The notes under the pieces are model-generated. The model saw only the letters and a list, made by a program, of their open reading frames with translations. It did not search any database and was not told where the DNA came from. The translations under genes were made by a program, and so were the position numbers. A DNA stretch of 63,649 nt, the filler included, from Thraustochytrium aureum (lineage: Eukaryota): assembly GCA_012862495.1 (NCBI GenBank). It is 4 parts of 4 records of this genome, joined end to end, with 100 filler letters (N's around TTAATTAATTAA, not from the genome) between each part and the next. Parts side by side here need not be neighbours in the genome. Positions count along the whole stretch, not along the records: positions 27,074 to 51,556 come from BLSG01000354.1; 3 more parts are not named here. One strand, given 5' to 3'. Of this stretch, positions 33,210 to 43,637 are shown piece after piece (position 1 is the first letter of the stretch; the number at the start of each line of letters is the position of its first letter).

Positions 33210-34443
33210 TTTCGCCACGTCACAGCGGCCCAGCCGCCCGCCCGCTCGCCGGCCTCACTCGCGCGAGCGCGAAGCCTCCTGCGCACGCCGCCTCTATGCG
33301 CAAGCCCTCCTCTGCTCTGCCCCGCTCGTCTCTGCCCGCCCTGCCTCGCTCCCTTCCGCGGCGCCGCTGCGGCTCTACCGCAGGCAGCTCCAACAGCGGC
33401 TCCTGCAGCTCCTATCCAACACCCGCTCCGTTTCCAAGTCCCCCTGTCGCCTCGTAAAACGCTCTCGACTCCGACAAACCAACTTCTACCTCGTAAGACG
33501 CTCTCGTGATCGGAGAAACCAAAGGCTCGGGGAAATGGTTGTGGAGCTGAAGTGCATGTTAGGGGGACTCGAGGTTTCTCCGAGAAAGCCGCGTACCTCG
33601 GTATTTGCTCTTGGCATGGGCTTGGGCGCGGGAGAGCGTTGGGCTTGTGTTCGACATGTGGCCGGGCTGATGGCGTTGATGGACAGTGCGATCGTGCAGG
33701 AGGTTGTGTCACTCCCGCGACATACCGTGCCACCGTGCTCCACGAGTGATGATGAGCACAAGTAGAGAACTCGAGTGGTAAACGTGAATTTGGCGCGCAT
33801 TTACTCCTCAATCTTGATCAAGTGGAGTTGGGCAAACAAGCGCGTGGCGCAATTCGGAACGGATTCTTGCTGTAGGCTTTGCCTGGGAGGACGAACGGTT
33901 GGGAAAGGAATGGGGACGGACGCTCATTCACTTGCAAGCGGGTCCAGCTTTGCAGCTAGCTCTCTAGAGAGAGCAACGGCGCGTCACAACGGCGCGTAAA
34001 GTCGGCTGTGCGACACAAACCGTGCCGCTTACATCGACCAACGCCAACGCGCGTCTTCCTCCCGCGTGCTTGTTTACTCCCGGTGCTTGTTTACTCCCGC
34101 GCTTGAGGCCGGCTCGGAAATTTCTATGGCAGCATTCAAGCGCGAGCTTTCTTGGGCGATGGCGCCAACTGCGCAAAACCGTACCCCCCACTTTTCCTGC
34201 TCGGAACAGAGCTTGTGTCACACACGAGCCGAGCGGGTGGCGAATATACGCAGCGCGTGGAGCGCTGTAGCAAGCCCTGACACGTTTTGAAGCACACTCT
34301 CGCGCGCCTTGTTGGTCCATCTTTGCAGGGTGTGAGCTCCTGAGGACCGTGCAACCAGACCCGAATCAATCAAGCAACAAAACGTAATCAATCGAACAGC
34401 CCAAGCAAATCAGCGCAGGTGGCAAGCAACCAAGAGAAACACA

Positions 34444-35322
34444 ATGCAGAGCCCATCCAAAAGCGAGGAGACGACGAGTGCCCGATGCAGCCGCGCCTCA
34501 AAGCGGCGCGTGGCCCTTGCTGCCCTCGCCGGCGTCATGGCCGCTGGCCTCATCTGGCTTGCTGTAGACGAAGCCGTGGCCGCGAAGCAAAATCGGTCGG
34601 AAACTGACGACGAGGACCAGGACGATGACCATCACCGAAACTATGGATACCCCGCCTGGTGCTTTGTCGGTTCGAGCGAGACTACTCAGGGCGGAACGGC
34701 CGGCGTCGCCGAGGACTGCATTGAGGCGATTACCAAGGCGTGCCCCTTTGCGGAGGGCCTTGCCAACAGCGCCGCAGCTCGCCTCGAGTGGGTCTCCTGC
34801 GTGAACTGGAATTTTCAAACCTTTCACCCCACGTGCAGGAGCCAAATGGACAGCAGTGGGGTTTTGCGCACATCCGAATTTGTCCCTGCCTTGCGCAACG
34901 AGACCCTTCGCGAATTTGCAGTCGCGTCGTGCGAGGACGACGTTCGCCACGAGTGCCGCAAGGAATCACATCACTTTGAGCGCACTAACCTGTGCCAGAT
35001 GCAAGACATCGGTTTCTGCATCCTGTCGAAGCCGGAGGAGTTCACGGCAGAGTGCGTTGCTGCGGTTGCCGCGCTAGGCATCACGCTCCCGCTCGACTTC
35101 GACAGGGACGCGTACATGGAAAGTCGGCGCTACTCGCACAAGTCGTGGGTCTGGATGGCGCTGTTTTGGACTCTCCTTGCGGCTGTCCTCTGCAAGGTAG
35201 CCCTGGACAAGCGCCGCGCGAGCCGAGCCGATCCCAACTCGCCGAAAGCGAACGTGCGTCTTGACGAGGTCGGCGTCATGGCCAAGGTCATTCCGAGTTC
35301 TTCGGAAGAGCCAGCGGTGTGA
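34444..35322 (+). CDS. Membrane protein with two hydrophobic helices flanking two Cys-rich (GLG1-like) repeats
   Basis: TM1 VALAALAGVMAAGLIWLAV; repeats C-IEAITKA-C...WVS-C-VNWNFQTFHPT-C and C-EDDVRHE-C...IGF-C-ILSKPEEFTAE-C; TM2 WVWMALFWTLLAAVLC. The family assignment rests on Cys spacing only. Confidence 0.7.
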   Translation: MQSPSKSEETTSARCSRASKRRVALAALAGVMAAGLIWLAVDEAVAAKQNRSETDDEDQDDDHHRNYGYPAWCFVGSSETTQGGTAGVAEDCIEAITKACPFAEGLANSAAARLEWVSCVNWNFQTFHPTCRSQMDSSGVLRTSEFVPALRNETLREFAVASCEDDVRHECRKESHHFERTNLCQMQDIGFCILSKPEEFTAECVAAVAALGITLPLDFDRDAYMESRRYSHKSWVWMALFWTLLAAVLCKVALDKRRASRADPNSPKANVRLDEVGVMAKVIPSSSEEPAV

Positions 35323-35888
35323 TCCCCGAGCGCGCCGCGCGTCTTCTCTTCCGCAGCGCAGCCCACCAAGAAGCTTGGGAAGAAGCTTGGGCTTTCCTAC
35401 GCTCGCGTCCGTCCCGGGACGGGACCTGTAGTTTAAAATTTCTAAAAAAGCAACTGAGGCACCGCCGCACTGCACTGCACCACCGCTCTATCGGGGACAT
35501 CGGGTGCAAGAATCCAACACCTGCATCGCCCAACCCTCGCGCTGCACGGGGCTCGCTCGAATCCGCCCTTTGCCTTGGGGCCAAAACGTTCACGGGGAGT
35601 GCCGATTCTCCGCGGCAGAGCAAACAAAGAGACCGTCGCAACAGCAAGCAAGCTGGAGCGCAAGCTGGCGAGCGATACTCAACTCAATGTCAACACTGTA
35701 AGGCTGTCATCCGGCAAGTTCTGCGTCATCTGGAAACCTTCGATCCGCATTTGACTTCTGGCCCTCATGGGGCCGGCCTGGGCCCTCTCCAGCAAGCCGC
35801 CTTCGTGGCGCAGCGCGACGTCCCTGTTGGTGTTGCCTGACCTACTCCAAGGTTGGGCAGCGTCGTTTCTTTCGCATTTCTTTTGAGG

Positions 35889-36014
35889 TCGCACCTCCCG
35901 CCTTTTAGCGCAGCGCAGAGTACTCTGACAACCCAACCGCATGGAGTACATCGTCGCACCTTCCGTCTTTTAGCGTCGCGAGGAGTAACAACCCACCCAA
36001 ATGGAGTACATCAA
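35889..36014 (+). repeat. Two tandem copies (~65-bp period) of the dispersed element also found at 24217
   Basis: tcgcacctcccgccttttagcg...atggagtacatc followed by tcgcaccttccgtcttttagcg...atggagtacatc. Confidence 0.85.
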
Positions 36015-36019
36015 CGCAA

Positions 36020-39000
36020 TTGCCGGCCCGATTCAACGAGGCCCTGGCACCGAGCGAGGCTAGCCAGCCCGAATTGAGCAGTGGGCCATTTCTGGCACAG
36101 GCCCTCCTTCGCGGCACGACGCGACACCCCTGCATACACTTGATGCAAGAACACCTATGCTGCAGGCGAAGATGCAACGTAATTATGTCCGAGCTTTCTC
36201 AACTGCCTTTTGCAGAGTCGTCTCGAAATGTGCGTGTGGGCACCAGTCGCACACACGGAAGAAGTGTGCGTGACATCATGTTGAAGGCAATCAAATGCCA
36301 CGCCGCATCAAGATTGTGCCTTGCACATGCAGGGGTTGCAAAGATGGGTTGGTGGATGGCGCTGCAAGAATGCGCGACGCAAAGGCATCTTTCGACGGCA
36401 CGTAAATCTGCAAGGCTGCCTGCCGTCAGCGGGGACAGCCGGCAGGTGCGCAACCCTGCGTCGAAGCCGCAGACATTGAATTGGTTTGGGCCGCACGCGA
36501 CCAGCCCGCGGCCAGAGAGGCTCGGCCTGAGGTTTTGCGTGCGCTTTTCCTACTGCGAGTCGAGGAGGAGACGGAGCGTGCCGGACTGCCGGCGCGGCCG
36601 ACAAGATGCAGCAGCTGTCGCTCAAGGTGTTTCGAACGCGAGCAAAGTCCCGGCTCTCGGGGATCCTGCAGGCCAAGCCGCGGGACCTCGGCGCAGATGG
36701 CGCGGAGACGGAAGCGCAAAACCGAGCTGGGCGTCGCTGGCCCCGCGAAAAGACGGCGCTCAGATCAGCGTTGTTGATTACCCGTGCCTGAGCTCCTCGA
36801 AGAAGGCCGAGCCGAACGATGCGGACGCCGATGCCAGCGAGCAGGAGCTGCTGGAGCGCCTCCGATTGGCAAGCGAGGCCGTGTCAGACGGCGAGAACCG
36901 CATGCCCTACTGCTCCCCGGATGAGGTGGCAGAAGCGACGCTGAACGTCGCAGAGGCCGAGCCGGGCACGCAAGTGCTCCAGCGGCGCCTAAACTGGCTA
37001 GAAGCAGAGCGCGTCCGCCTTCTGCATTTGTCGCGAGACGGGTCGTCACGGTCGCTCGGGTCAATCAAGGCAAAGCAGAAAAAGCAGGGCAACGCGCCAG
37101 GGCTCAAAGGAAAGCACCCTCTTGGAAAAGAGCAGGAAGCGACAACCACGCCTCCCCACAACAAGAAGCAAAAGCCTCGAGCGCCCGCTGACACAAGGCC
37201 GGAAAGCGACAAGACCGAAGAGCCCAACGGCGGAGACGTGAGCGAAAAGGACGCCGCGGAATCCCGGCGCCTCTCAACCGAGTCGACGCCAGGCTGGGAA
37301 GCTGCCTCGAAGGACTTTTCGGTTGTCGTGAACTTGAGCCCCGACGACAGCGAAAACGCGTCCCGCGCCAACAATGCGGGCGAAGGCCGCGGTCCCTCGC
37401 CGTCGTTTGCAGAGGTGACCGGCATCCGAGTTGAGGCTGAGGGCGGCCAATTGGTGGTGAAGGAATTCATTCGCGACAAGCTGGGGATGCCCGGCCCCAT
37501 CGAGTCGTCCGGCCACGTTGGCGTGGACGACGTCCTCATTCGCATCCAGGGCACACAAGTACAGGCCCCCCCCGACCTGGTCAAGGCGATGGCGGCCTGC
37601 AAAGGGGACGGCGAGGTGCGCTTCGAGTTTTGCCGCAAGTACGTTCTGCAGCCCAAGGCGAACAAGACGATGACGATCAAGCAGCTGCTGCGGCACATCA
37701 AGCAGCTCGAAGAGGAGCTCAAGTTTGCTCGCGACGAGTACGCTCGGCTCGACATCGGCGCGCTGGAGAGCATGCAGGTGGCACTCGATGACACCAAAGT
37801 GCAGATCGCGTCGCTCAAGAAGGAGATACAGGACCTGCGACGGCAGCAGGCGTACTGCGGCATCCGGGACCAAGAGCTCGTGGCAAAGTTTGAGGCCAAG
37901 GAGCGCGAATGCCGTCGCCTGTACAACTCTCTCGTCGATCTGAAAGGCGCGATTCGAGTCTTTGTCCGCGTGCGGCCACCTAGCACCCTGCCCACGGCTG
38001 CCAACTCGCGAAACGTCTTGCACTACCCGCACGACAACGCAATCGTCTGTTCCGACCTCGAGAGTCTCAAAGTCCCTGAGCGATCTTGGGAGTTTGACAC
38101 TGTCTTCCCCCCAGACACGAGCCAGCACCGCGTGTTCAGCGACGTCGAGCCTCTGATCTTCAGCGTCGTGGACGGGTTCAACGCGTGCGTGTTTGCATAC
38201 GGTCAGACCGGGTCGGGCAAGACCTACACGATGGACGGCCCGGAGGACGATCGCGGCGTCTACTACCGAAGCGCTCACGCGCTCTTCGACGCCATTGAGA
38301 AGCGAAAGCGGGAGGTCCCCGCCTCTGAAAGCATCACTTTTCAAGTTCGGGCCTCTGTGCTCGAAATCTACCAAGAGCGCGTCCGCGACCTGCTCAATCC
38401 AGCGCTCGGCGAGAGCCTTGCCGCAGAGGAACGCGGCAATGCCGAGGAGGCGGCGGCTATCCGTGCCACAGTTCCGCATTCGCTCGACATCATGCACAAC
38501 GCAAACTCTGGCAACGTCTACGTTCCTGGCGCGCAAGAGGCCCCTGCGGAGACGGCCACGCAGCTCTTTGAGTTGGTCGAGCAGGGAAAGAAGCACCGCG
38601 TCGTGGGCGTCACCAACATGAACGAGCGCTCTTCGCGCTCACATATGGTGCTCATCGTGAACGTGGTGTGCCAGCAGTTCGACAAGGGCGAGGCTGAGCC
38701 AAAGTCCACCACGCGCTCCAAGTTGCAGCTTATCGACCTCGCGGGGAGCGAGCGCGCCAAGCACGTCCCGACAGGGCAGCGCCTCAGGGAGACCGGCTCC
38801 ATCAACAAGTCGCTCGCTGCCCTTGGAGACGTCATGCACGCCCTGCAAAACACTGAGGCGCGGCACATTCCTTTCCGCAACTCCAAGCTTACCTCGCTGC
38901 TGCGCGACTCGCTCGGCGGCAAAGCAAAGACGCTCATGATGATCCAAGTTTCCCCACTCAGCGCGCACATGAACGAAACCATTCGCACATTGGAATTCGC

Positions 39001-39763
39001 TGTGCGCGTCGGCAAGATCTGCCTCGGTGGCGGCGATCGGAGATTGGACGGCTCGGGCCAGCTTTTGCGTTTGAAGAAGGAAAACCTGGAGCTCACGAAT
39101 GACCTGCAAAAGTTCCGCCTGCGCGTTCACGAGCTGCGAGAGGAGATCGAGAGGGTGAAAAACGAGAAGAACCAAGCGGAGTCGGCCCAGAAAAGCTCAG
39201 AGGCGGCTTTCCAGATTGAGAAGTCAGAGCTTGAGCGAGACAAGGCTCTCTTGGTCGACGAGGTTGCGACTCTCAAGCGCGAGCAGCGCGATGCCCTTCG
39301 CAAGGAAAAAGAAGACTCTCGAGTGAGGCAGGAATCGGACCTCAAGCGATTCCAAAACGAGGCGGCGGTCGCACAACAAGACCTCAAGCAGCTTCGCGGT
39401 AGGAATGCTGACCTTCGTCGCGAGAATCAAGATCTCATGGAGCGAATCAAGTCGCTCGAGCGACAGGTCGAGACCAAGGACCGCACGAGTGAGAATTTCG
39501 GCTCCGCCGCTGACCTTGGCCCTGGTTCTGGGTTTGGTGGTCGACGTGCCGCGACGTTGCCCCGGAACCAGTCGTCCAGGCTGTTTTCTATGGAGCGGGA
39601 CCTGTCCGGTCCCCGGCGCGTGAGCTCAGCTCGCCGCATTGCCTCGAGCGGGGTTCCGTTCGACCTGTCGGCGGCTGGCGAGTCAAAGATGGCCCCTTCG
39701 CCGAAGAGCAGCTCTGGTGGCAGGCGAGCAATCGCGACTCGGCTCGACGAGCGCGACGAGTAG
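36020..39763 (+). CDS. Kinesin-14 family motor with N-terminal PDZ-like domain and coiled coils on both sides of the motor; true start uncertain (probably 36600-36902)
   Basis: Kinesin-14 neck RRLYNSLVDLKGAIRVFVRVRP, P-loop GQTGSGKT, switch I NERSSRSH, switch II DLAGSE and HIPFRNSKLT. PDZ-like segment at ~37415-37636. Confidence 0.93.
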   Translation: MPARFNEALAPSEASQPELSSGPFLAQALLRGTTRHPCIHLMQEHLCCRRRCNVIMSELSQLPFAESSRNVRVGTSRTHGRSVRDIMLKAIKCHAASRLCLAHAGVAKMGWWMALQECATQRHLSTARKSARLPAVSGDSRQVRNPASKPQTLNWFGPHATSPRPERLGLRFCVRFSYCESRRRRSVPDCRRGRQDAAAVAQGVSNASKVPALGDPAGQAAGPRRRWRGDGSAKPSWASLAPRKDGAQISVVDYPCLSSSKKAEPNDADADASEQELLERLRLASEAVSDGENRMPYCSPDEVAEATLNVAEAEPGTQVLQRRLNWLEAERVRLLHLSRDGSSRSLGSIKAKQKKQGNAPGLKGKHPLGKEQEATTTPPHNKKQKPRAPADTRPESDKTEEPNGGDVSEKDAAESRRLSTESTPGWEAASKDFSVVVNLSPDDSENASRANNAGEGRGPSPSFAEVTGIRVEAEGGQLVVKEFIRDKLGMPGPIESSGHVGVDDVLIRIQGTQVQAPPDLVKAMAACKGDGEVRFEFCRKYVLQPKANKTMTIKQLLRHIKQLEEELKFARDEYARLDIGALESMQVALDDTKVQIASLKKEIQDLRRQQAYCGIRDQELVAKFEAKERECRRLYNSLVDLKGAIRVFVRVRPPSTLPTAANSRNVLHYPHDNAIVCSDLESLKVPERSWEFDTVFPPDTSQHRVFSDVEPLIFSVVDGFNACVFAYGQTGSGKTYTMDGPEDDRGVYYRSAHALFDAIEKRKREVPASESITFQVRASVLEIYQERVRDLLNPALGESLAAEERGNAEEAAAIRATVPHSLDIMHNANSGNVYVPGAQEAPAETATQLFELVEQGKKHRVVGVTNMNERSSRSHMVLIVNVVCQQFDKGEAEPKSTTRSKLQLIDLAGSERAKHVPTGQRLRETGSINKSLAALGDVMHALQNTEARHIPFRNSKLTSLLRDSLGGKAKTLMMIQVSPLSAHMNETIRTLEFAVRVGKICLGGGDRRLDGSGQLLRLKKENLELTNDLQKFRLRVHELREEIERVKNEKNQAESAQKSSEAAFQIEKSELERDKALLVDEVATLKREQRDALRKEKEDSRVRQESDLKRFQNEAAVAQQDLKQLRGRNADLRRENQDLMERIKSLERQVETKDRTSENFGSAADLGPGSGFGGRRAATLPRNQSSRLFSMERDLSGPRRVSSARRIASSGVPFDLSAAGESKMAPSPKSSSGGRRAIATRLDERDE

Positions 39764-39932
39764 AGTGCTCCATACCTCGGCGCATTAGCCGGTACGTCAA
39801 CTCGAGGAAAAGTGGACGAGTGAAGGACGAGAGCCTCTAGAGTCTGATAAAACATACAATTTCTAATCTACTCTACAGAATGGCTGCTGAAGTTTGCACG
39901 GTTGGCGCCGAGAGCCGCAGCCGCCTACGGCA

Positions 39933-39972
39933 AGAAGAAGAAAAAGAAAGAAGAAGAAGAAGAAGAAGAAGA
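39933..39972 (+). repeat. (GAA)n microsatellite between convergent genes
   Basis: Read directly from the sequence. Confidence 0.85.
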
Positions 39973-40021
39973 ACGCCTAACTGGTCTGCTCGCTCGTGTC
40001 TGATGGTTCTCAGGCTCGCTT

Positions 40022-40804
40022 TCAAAAACGTGGCACAAAGACAGCTGCACTATCGCGTCCATTAACAAGCCCAAAGCAAAACGGCGATTGGTCCGAGCAC
40101 TGGCATCGCGAGGCTCCGACCAACTGGAAAATCGTCTCATCCGGAGCGATTTTTTCATTCACAGACTCGCACCCGGCCTTTGTATCAAGCGCGTCCTTCC
40201 GTTGGCAGCCCATTCCCACCTTTCGCAGTCTCTTGTCCCTCTGGCTGGAGCAGTATGTGCACTCAGCGAGACCGGGAATACTACGAGCTTCGCATTCCGC
40301 GTCAGTCGTCTTTCCAGCTCCGCCGATATGGCACGGGTTGCGATAGCATCCGTAGTTCACGCCGAATTTCTTGGCGTCTTCCTTGGAGTACCAGTTGCAG
40401 AGCCCGCCAGTGAAGGCAAGCGTGCAGTTGCCAGTGTTGAGGTGGTTGCACGGGTTGCCAATGCACCTAGAAGACTTGCCCCCCGTCATCGCACATGCAA
40501 CGCGGGTTGCGTCACTCGCTGTAAATACAACCGAGCCCCTCGCGTCGCCGCCGGAAATGTACTTGGCACGCGCGTCTAGAGTGCGCGTCACGCAAGCATC
40601 GCGGTCGCCGCTGAAGAGAGCGCATGTGGAATCCCACGAAACGACATTGGGCCGCGCAATGTCTTCCTTTCGGATCTGCCACCACGCATCGAGGATTTCG
40701 CGGCAGATTGGTTCGTTGACTCGTTTTGTGCGGCGGCGGCGGCTGCCAGCACTCACTGCTGCGACAAGAGCCACCAAGAGCGCAATTTTTAGGAGAACCT
40801 TCAT
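40022..40804 (-). CDS. Secreted cysteine-rich protein of unknown family
   Basis: Signal peptide MKVLLKIALLVALVAAVSA, polybasic RRRRTKR, 18 Cys, and internal repeat CIGNPC / CYRNPC. Confidence 0.8.
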   Translation of the reverse strand: MKVLLKIALLVALVAAVSAGSRRRRTKRVNEPICREILDAWWQIRKEDIARPNVVSWDSTCALFSGDRDACVTRTLDARAKYISGGDARGSVVFTASDATRVACAMTGGKSSRCIGNPCNHLNTGNCTLAFTGGLCNWYSKEDAKKFGVNYGCYRNPCHIGGAGKTTDAECEARSIPGLAECTYCSSQRDKRLRKVGMGCQRKDALDTKAGCESVNEKIAPDETIFQLVGASRCQCSDQSPFCFGLVNGRDSAAVFVPRF

Positions 40805-40865
40805 TTCGAGTGCGAGCCTTGGGCGACCTCGCTGGGAAGTCTCTCAACCGTTTCGGTTGCTGTTT

Positions 40866-40969
40866 GCTGTTCGGGGTCTGCCGCTCGCTGTTGTCGGCTG
40901 TTCGGGGTCTGCCGCTCGCTGTTGTCGGCTGTTCGGGGTCTGCCGCTCGCTGTTGCGAGCTGTTCGGGG
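40866..40969 (+). repeat. 31-bp minisatellite, about 3.3 copies, just upstream of the secreted Cys-rich gene
   Basis: Unit gctgttcggggtctgccgctcgctgttgtcg starts at 40866, 40897 and 40928, with a partial copy at 40959. Confidence 0.92.
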
Positions 40970-42338
40970 CTTGCTACCTGTGGCGACTTGGCAATCGCGT
41001 TTCCGCAGCCTTTATATGCGTTTCTCGAGTCTCAACCAGCAGAAGACAGCGCCAGGTCCAAAAGTGGCCTGGTGGGGACCAAAGGACATGTTCTTTCCCC
41101 GTTTTTTTGAGAGGGCCGAGAGCAAAGTTTGCTTGCACAACCTGTGAGAGCCGCCAGCGCCGCGCCGCGGCAATGCCTCTTGCGATGTGGCAGTGCTCGA
41201 TTTCCGCGCAATTTTCCAGGATGAGCGAATTGGCCCTCGCGCTGCCAGCTGCAGCTCTCAGCGTGGTTCTGAATAGAGAAATCAGTCTCGGGAGGGGCCG
41301 AGTAGTTGTGGCGTTTCTTCGTGTCAAATTTCGCAGCCCTCCGTAGCGACGACCATGGGCCACTAGGCCTGCAAGTACTCTAATCTCTCTAGCTAGCTAG
41401 CTGGAGTACCTCTGTGACAATGTGTTCGTTGAGAGGCACGCGCGCCAGCATGGGCCCTCGAAAAACGAAACGAACAAGGGCAATTGAACGAGGGTGTTGT
41501 TTCGCGTGAGGCTGCGCCGCGGAAGTTGGTGTAATCGCAACTATCCGTTCCTCTCAACCCCTCGCGACGCATGATGAGCATGGAAGGCGCCTGTGAAGCC
41601 GGGTCTCCGCGTTGGTCGAGCGGGCCCATCGGGAGCTCGTTGGCTCGCATTCGAAATGAATTTCTGCTCCTAACTGCCCGAGCCTGGCGTGCACAGCGGT
41701 AGGCCAGCATCGGAGAGCAGTTCCGCGTCCGAGGAGGGCAAACAGGAATCGGGGCTTGGCAAAGGCTGNNNNNNNNNNNNNNNNNNNNNNNNNNNNNNNN
41801 NNNNNNNNNNNNNNNNNNNNNNNNNNNNNNNNNNNNNNNNNNNNNNNNNNNNNNNNNNNNNNNNNNNNNNNNNNNNNNNNNNNNNNNNNNCACTTGTTTG
41901 CTGGGACCTGAGATTGAAGGTCACCCGTTCCGTTATTCGACGGGCGTCGGCCGTCAGCCAGGCGTGGCCGCGCCTTGAGTCATTCATTTTAACTGGGAAG
42001 AAGCGGGGCTTGGTCAAGGAGAAGACAGCGCGGTGTATGACTCTAGTGTGGAGTGGAGAGGCACAGTGAGTGAGTAGACTACAGAATGAGAAATCGCGAT
42101 TACTCCCGGCTGAGTTGTGGGGAGCAGGTAGGTATGTTATGTCTCAAATTGAGCTGATTCTTGTCTCTGCATCCCGCCAGACGGCCCACACAGCTGCTCT
42201 AAGGGCCGCCGCGGCTGTCGAGCTCCCAACTCTACTGCCGTCTCCGCGCGACGAGCAACGAGCAGCTCGTTCGAACCACAGAACTAAAAGAACAACTCGT
42301 CTAGAAGCTCGTTCAACGACGTTCATGAACTCGCTTTC

Positions 42339-42410
42339 GACACTCCATGCGACACTCCGTGTGTTATTGGCGACTCCATGTGTTGTTGGCGACACTCCAT
42401 GTGTTACTGC
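42339..42410 (+). repeat. Short degenerate tandem repeat (gcgacactccatgtgtt-like)
   Basis: Four variants of (c)gacactccRt / gcgactccat are visible. Confidence 0.7.
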
Positions 42411-43290
42411 GTCCTCGGGCAGCCAGTAACGGGACATCTCTGCGCGCGACGGAGGCCGGGTGCTGAAGAGCCCCAGACCAGTCCCATAGGAACCAGACTG
42501 ACCACCGAGAGTCTGAAGATTGCGCAGCGCGTGACGGATAAGCCCTAGCGATGGTGATGACACGAAACGTCTGTGAAAGTCTTGTTGACGATAAACCTCG
42601 GATCGAAATAGCTGCNNNNNNNNNNNNNNNNNNNNNNNNNNNNNNNNNNNNNNNNNNNNNNNNNNNNNNNNNNNNNNNNNNNNNNNNNNNNNNNNNNNNN
42701 NNNNNNNNNNNNNNNNNNNNNNNNNNNNNNNNNNNNNNNNNNNNNNNNNNNNNNNNNNNNNNNNNNNNNNNNNNNNNNNNNNNNNNNNNNNNNNNNNNNN
42801 NNNNNNNNNNNNNNNNNNNNNNNNNNNNNNNNNNNNNNNNNNNNNNNNNNNNNNNNNNNNNNNNNNNNNNNNNNNNNNNNNNNNNNNNNNNNNNNNNNNN
42901 NNNNNNNNNNNAGTCTGGACTATTCACGTACCGTTACGTTGAGTACCCGGCCGAGTGGGAGGCGAGCCGAATTCGTCGTGTCCAACACTCCGCGCTGCGG
43001 GCCGATCAAGTTCCGAAAGGGGCATTGCCAAAACTGCAGGAGTGAGCAAGTTGAATCTACGAAACGCCTCCTGCGAAAGGGCGACTTGTGGCATAGAATG
43101 CGGGTTGAACGGGGAAAAACAAGCTAGAATACGGTTGATACACGATCTTCCGTGAAATCACTGGAAGGTGCGCGTGCACCAGCATTTGGTTTTTGCAGTG
43201 TCACACGGCGACGAAAAACGACCTACCCACCAGCGACAGACCAACGCAAGTTGACACTTGACGGATTCGCAAAATCCCCCCAGTTGTCAG

Positions 43291-43377
43291 GCAATCCCCA
43301 ATCACGCGACCACCAGCCAATCACACGACCACTTGCCAATCCCCAATCGCGCTAGCTAGCCAATCACACGACCACTC
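43291..43377 (+). promoter_or_regulatory. Cluster of five CCAAT motifs in duplicated segments upstream of the temptin-like gene
   Basis: ccaat at ~43298, 43317, 43336, 43343 and 43360; agccaatcacacgaccact occurs twice. The cluster lies 80-160 nt upstream of ATG 43456. Regulatory function is inferred. Confidence 0.45.
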
Positions 43378-43455
43378 GACTCGCAGACAACGAGGAGGCT
43401 GACGAGCAGTTCAGATCGACCGAAGGCACTGAAGAGCGCAAGGGTGTCGGGAAGG

Positions 43456-43637
43456 ATGAGGTTTGCTGCTTTGCTCGCTGGCGTCGCCGCGCTCTCCGTC
43501 CCAAGCGTGAACGGTATCGAAGCTTACATGGCGCGGATCCCGAACGGCAACGCCAAGCTCGCGATGGGCCACTCCTCGCCCTCTGGCGGCGATTCTACGG
43601 TGAACCAGTTCGGCAGGGACTTCAAAGCCGCGGGGTT
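43456..43637 (+). CDS. Temptin-like secreted protein, copy 1 (3' end in gap)
   Basis: Signal MRFAALLAGVAALSVPSVNG, then YMARIPNG..MGHSSPSGGDSTVNQFGRDFKAAG. Confidence 0.8.

Noticed and set aside
36020..36600. N-terminal ~190 aa of the kinesin ORF (likewise the ORF extensions at 13990-14331, 50512-50784 and 1713-1820)
   Set aside because: They start at non-ATG codons or have non-coding-like composition. Better ATGs or signal peptides lie downstream.
40866..40969. 31-bp repeats as a CRISPR array
   Set aside because: The units are contiguous with no unique spacers, there are no cas genes, and the context is eukaryotic.
41891..43130. Possible transposon or gene remnant around the gaps
   Set aside because: No transposase, RT or integrase motif and no terminal repeats are recognisable.
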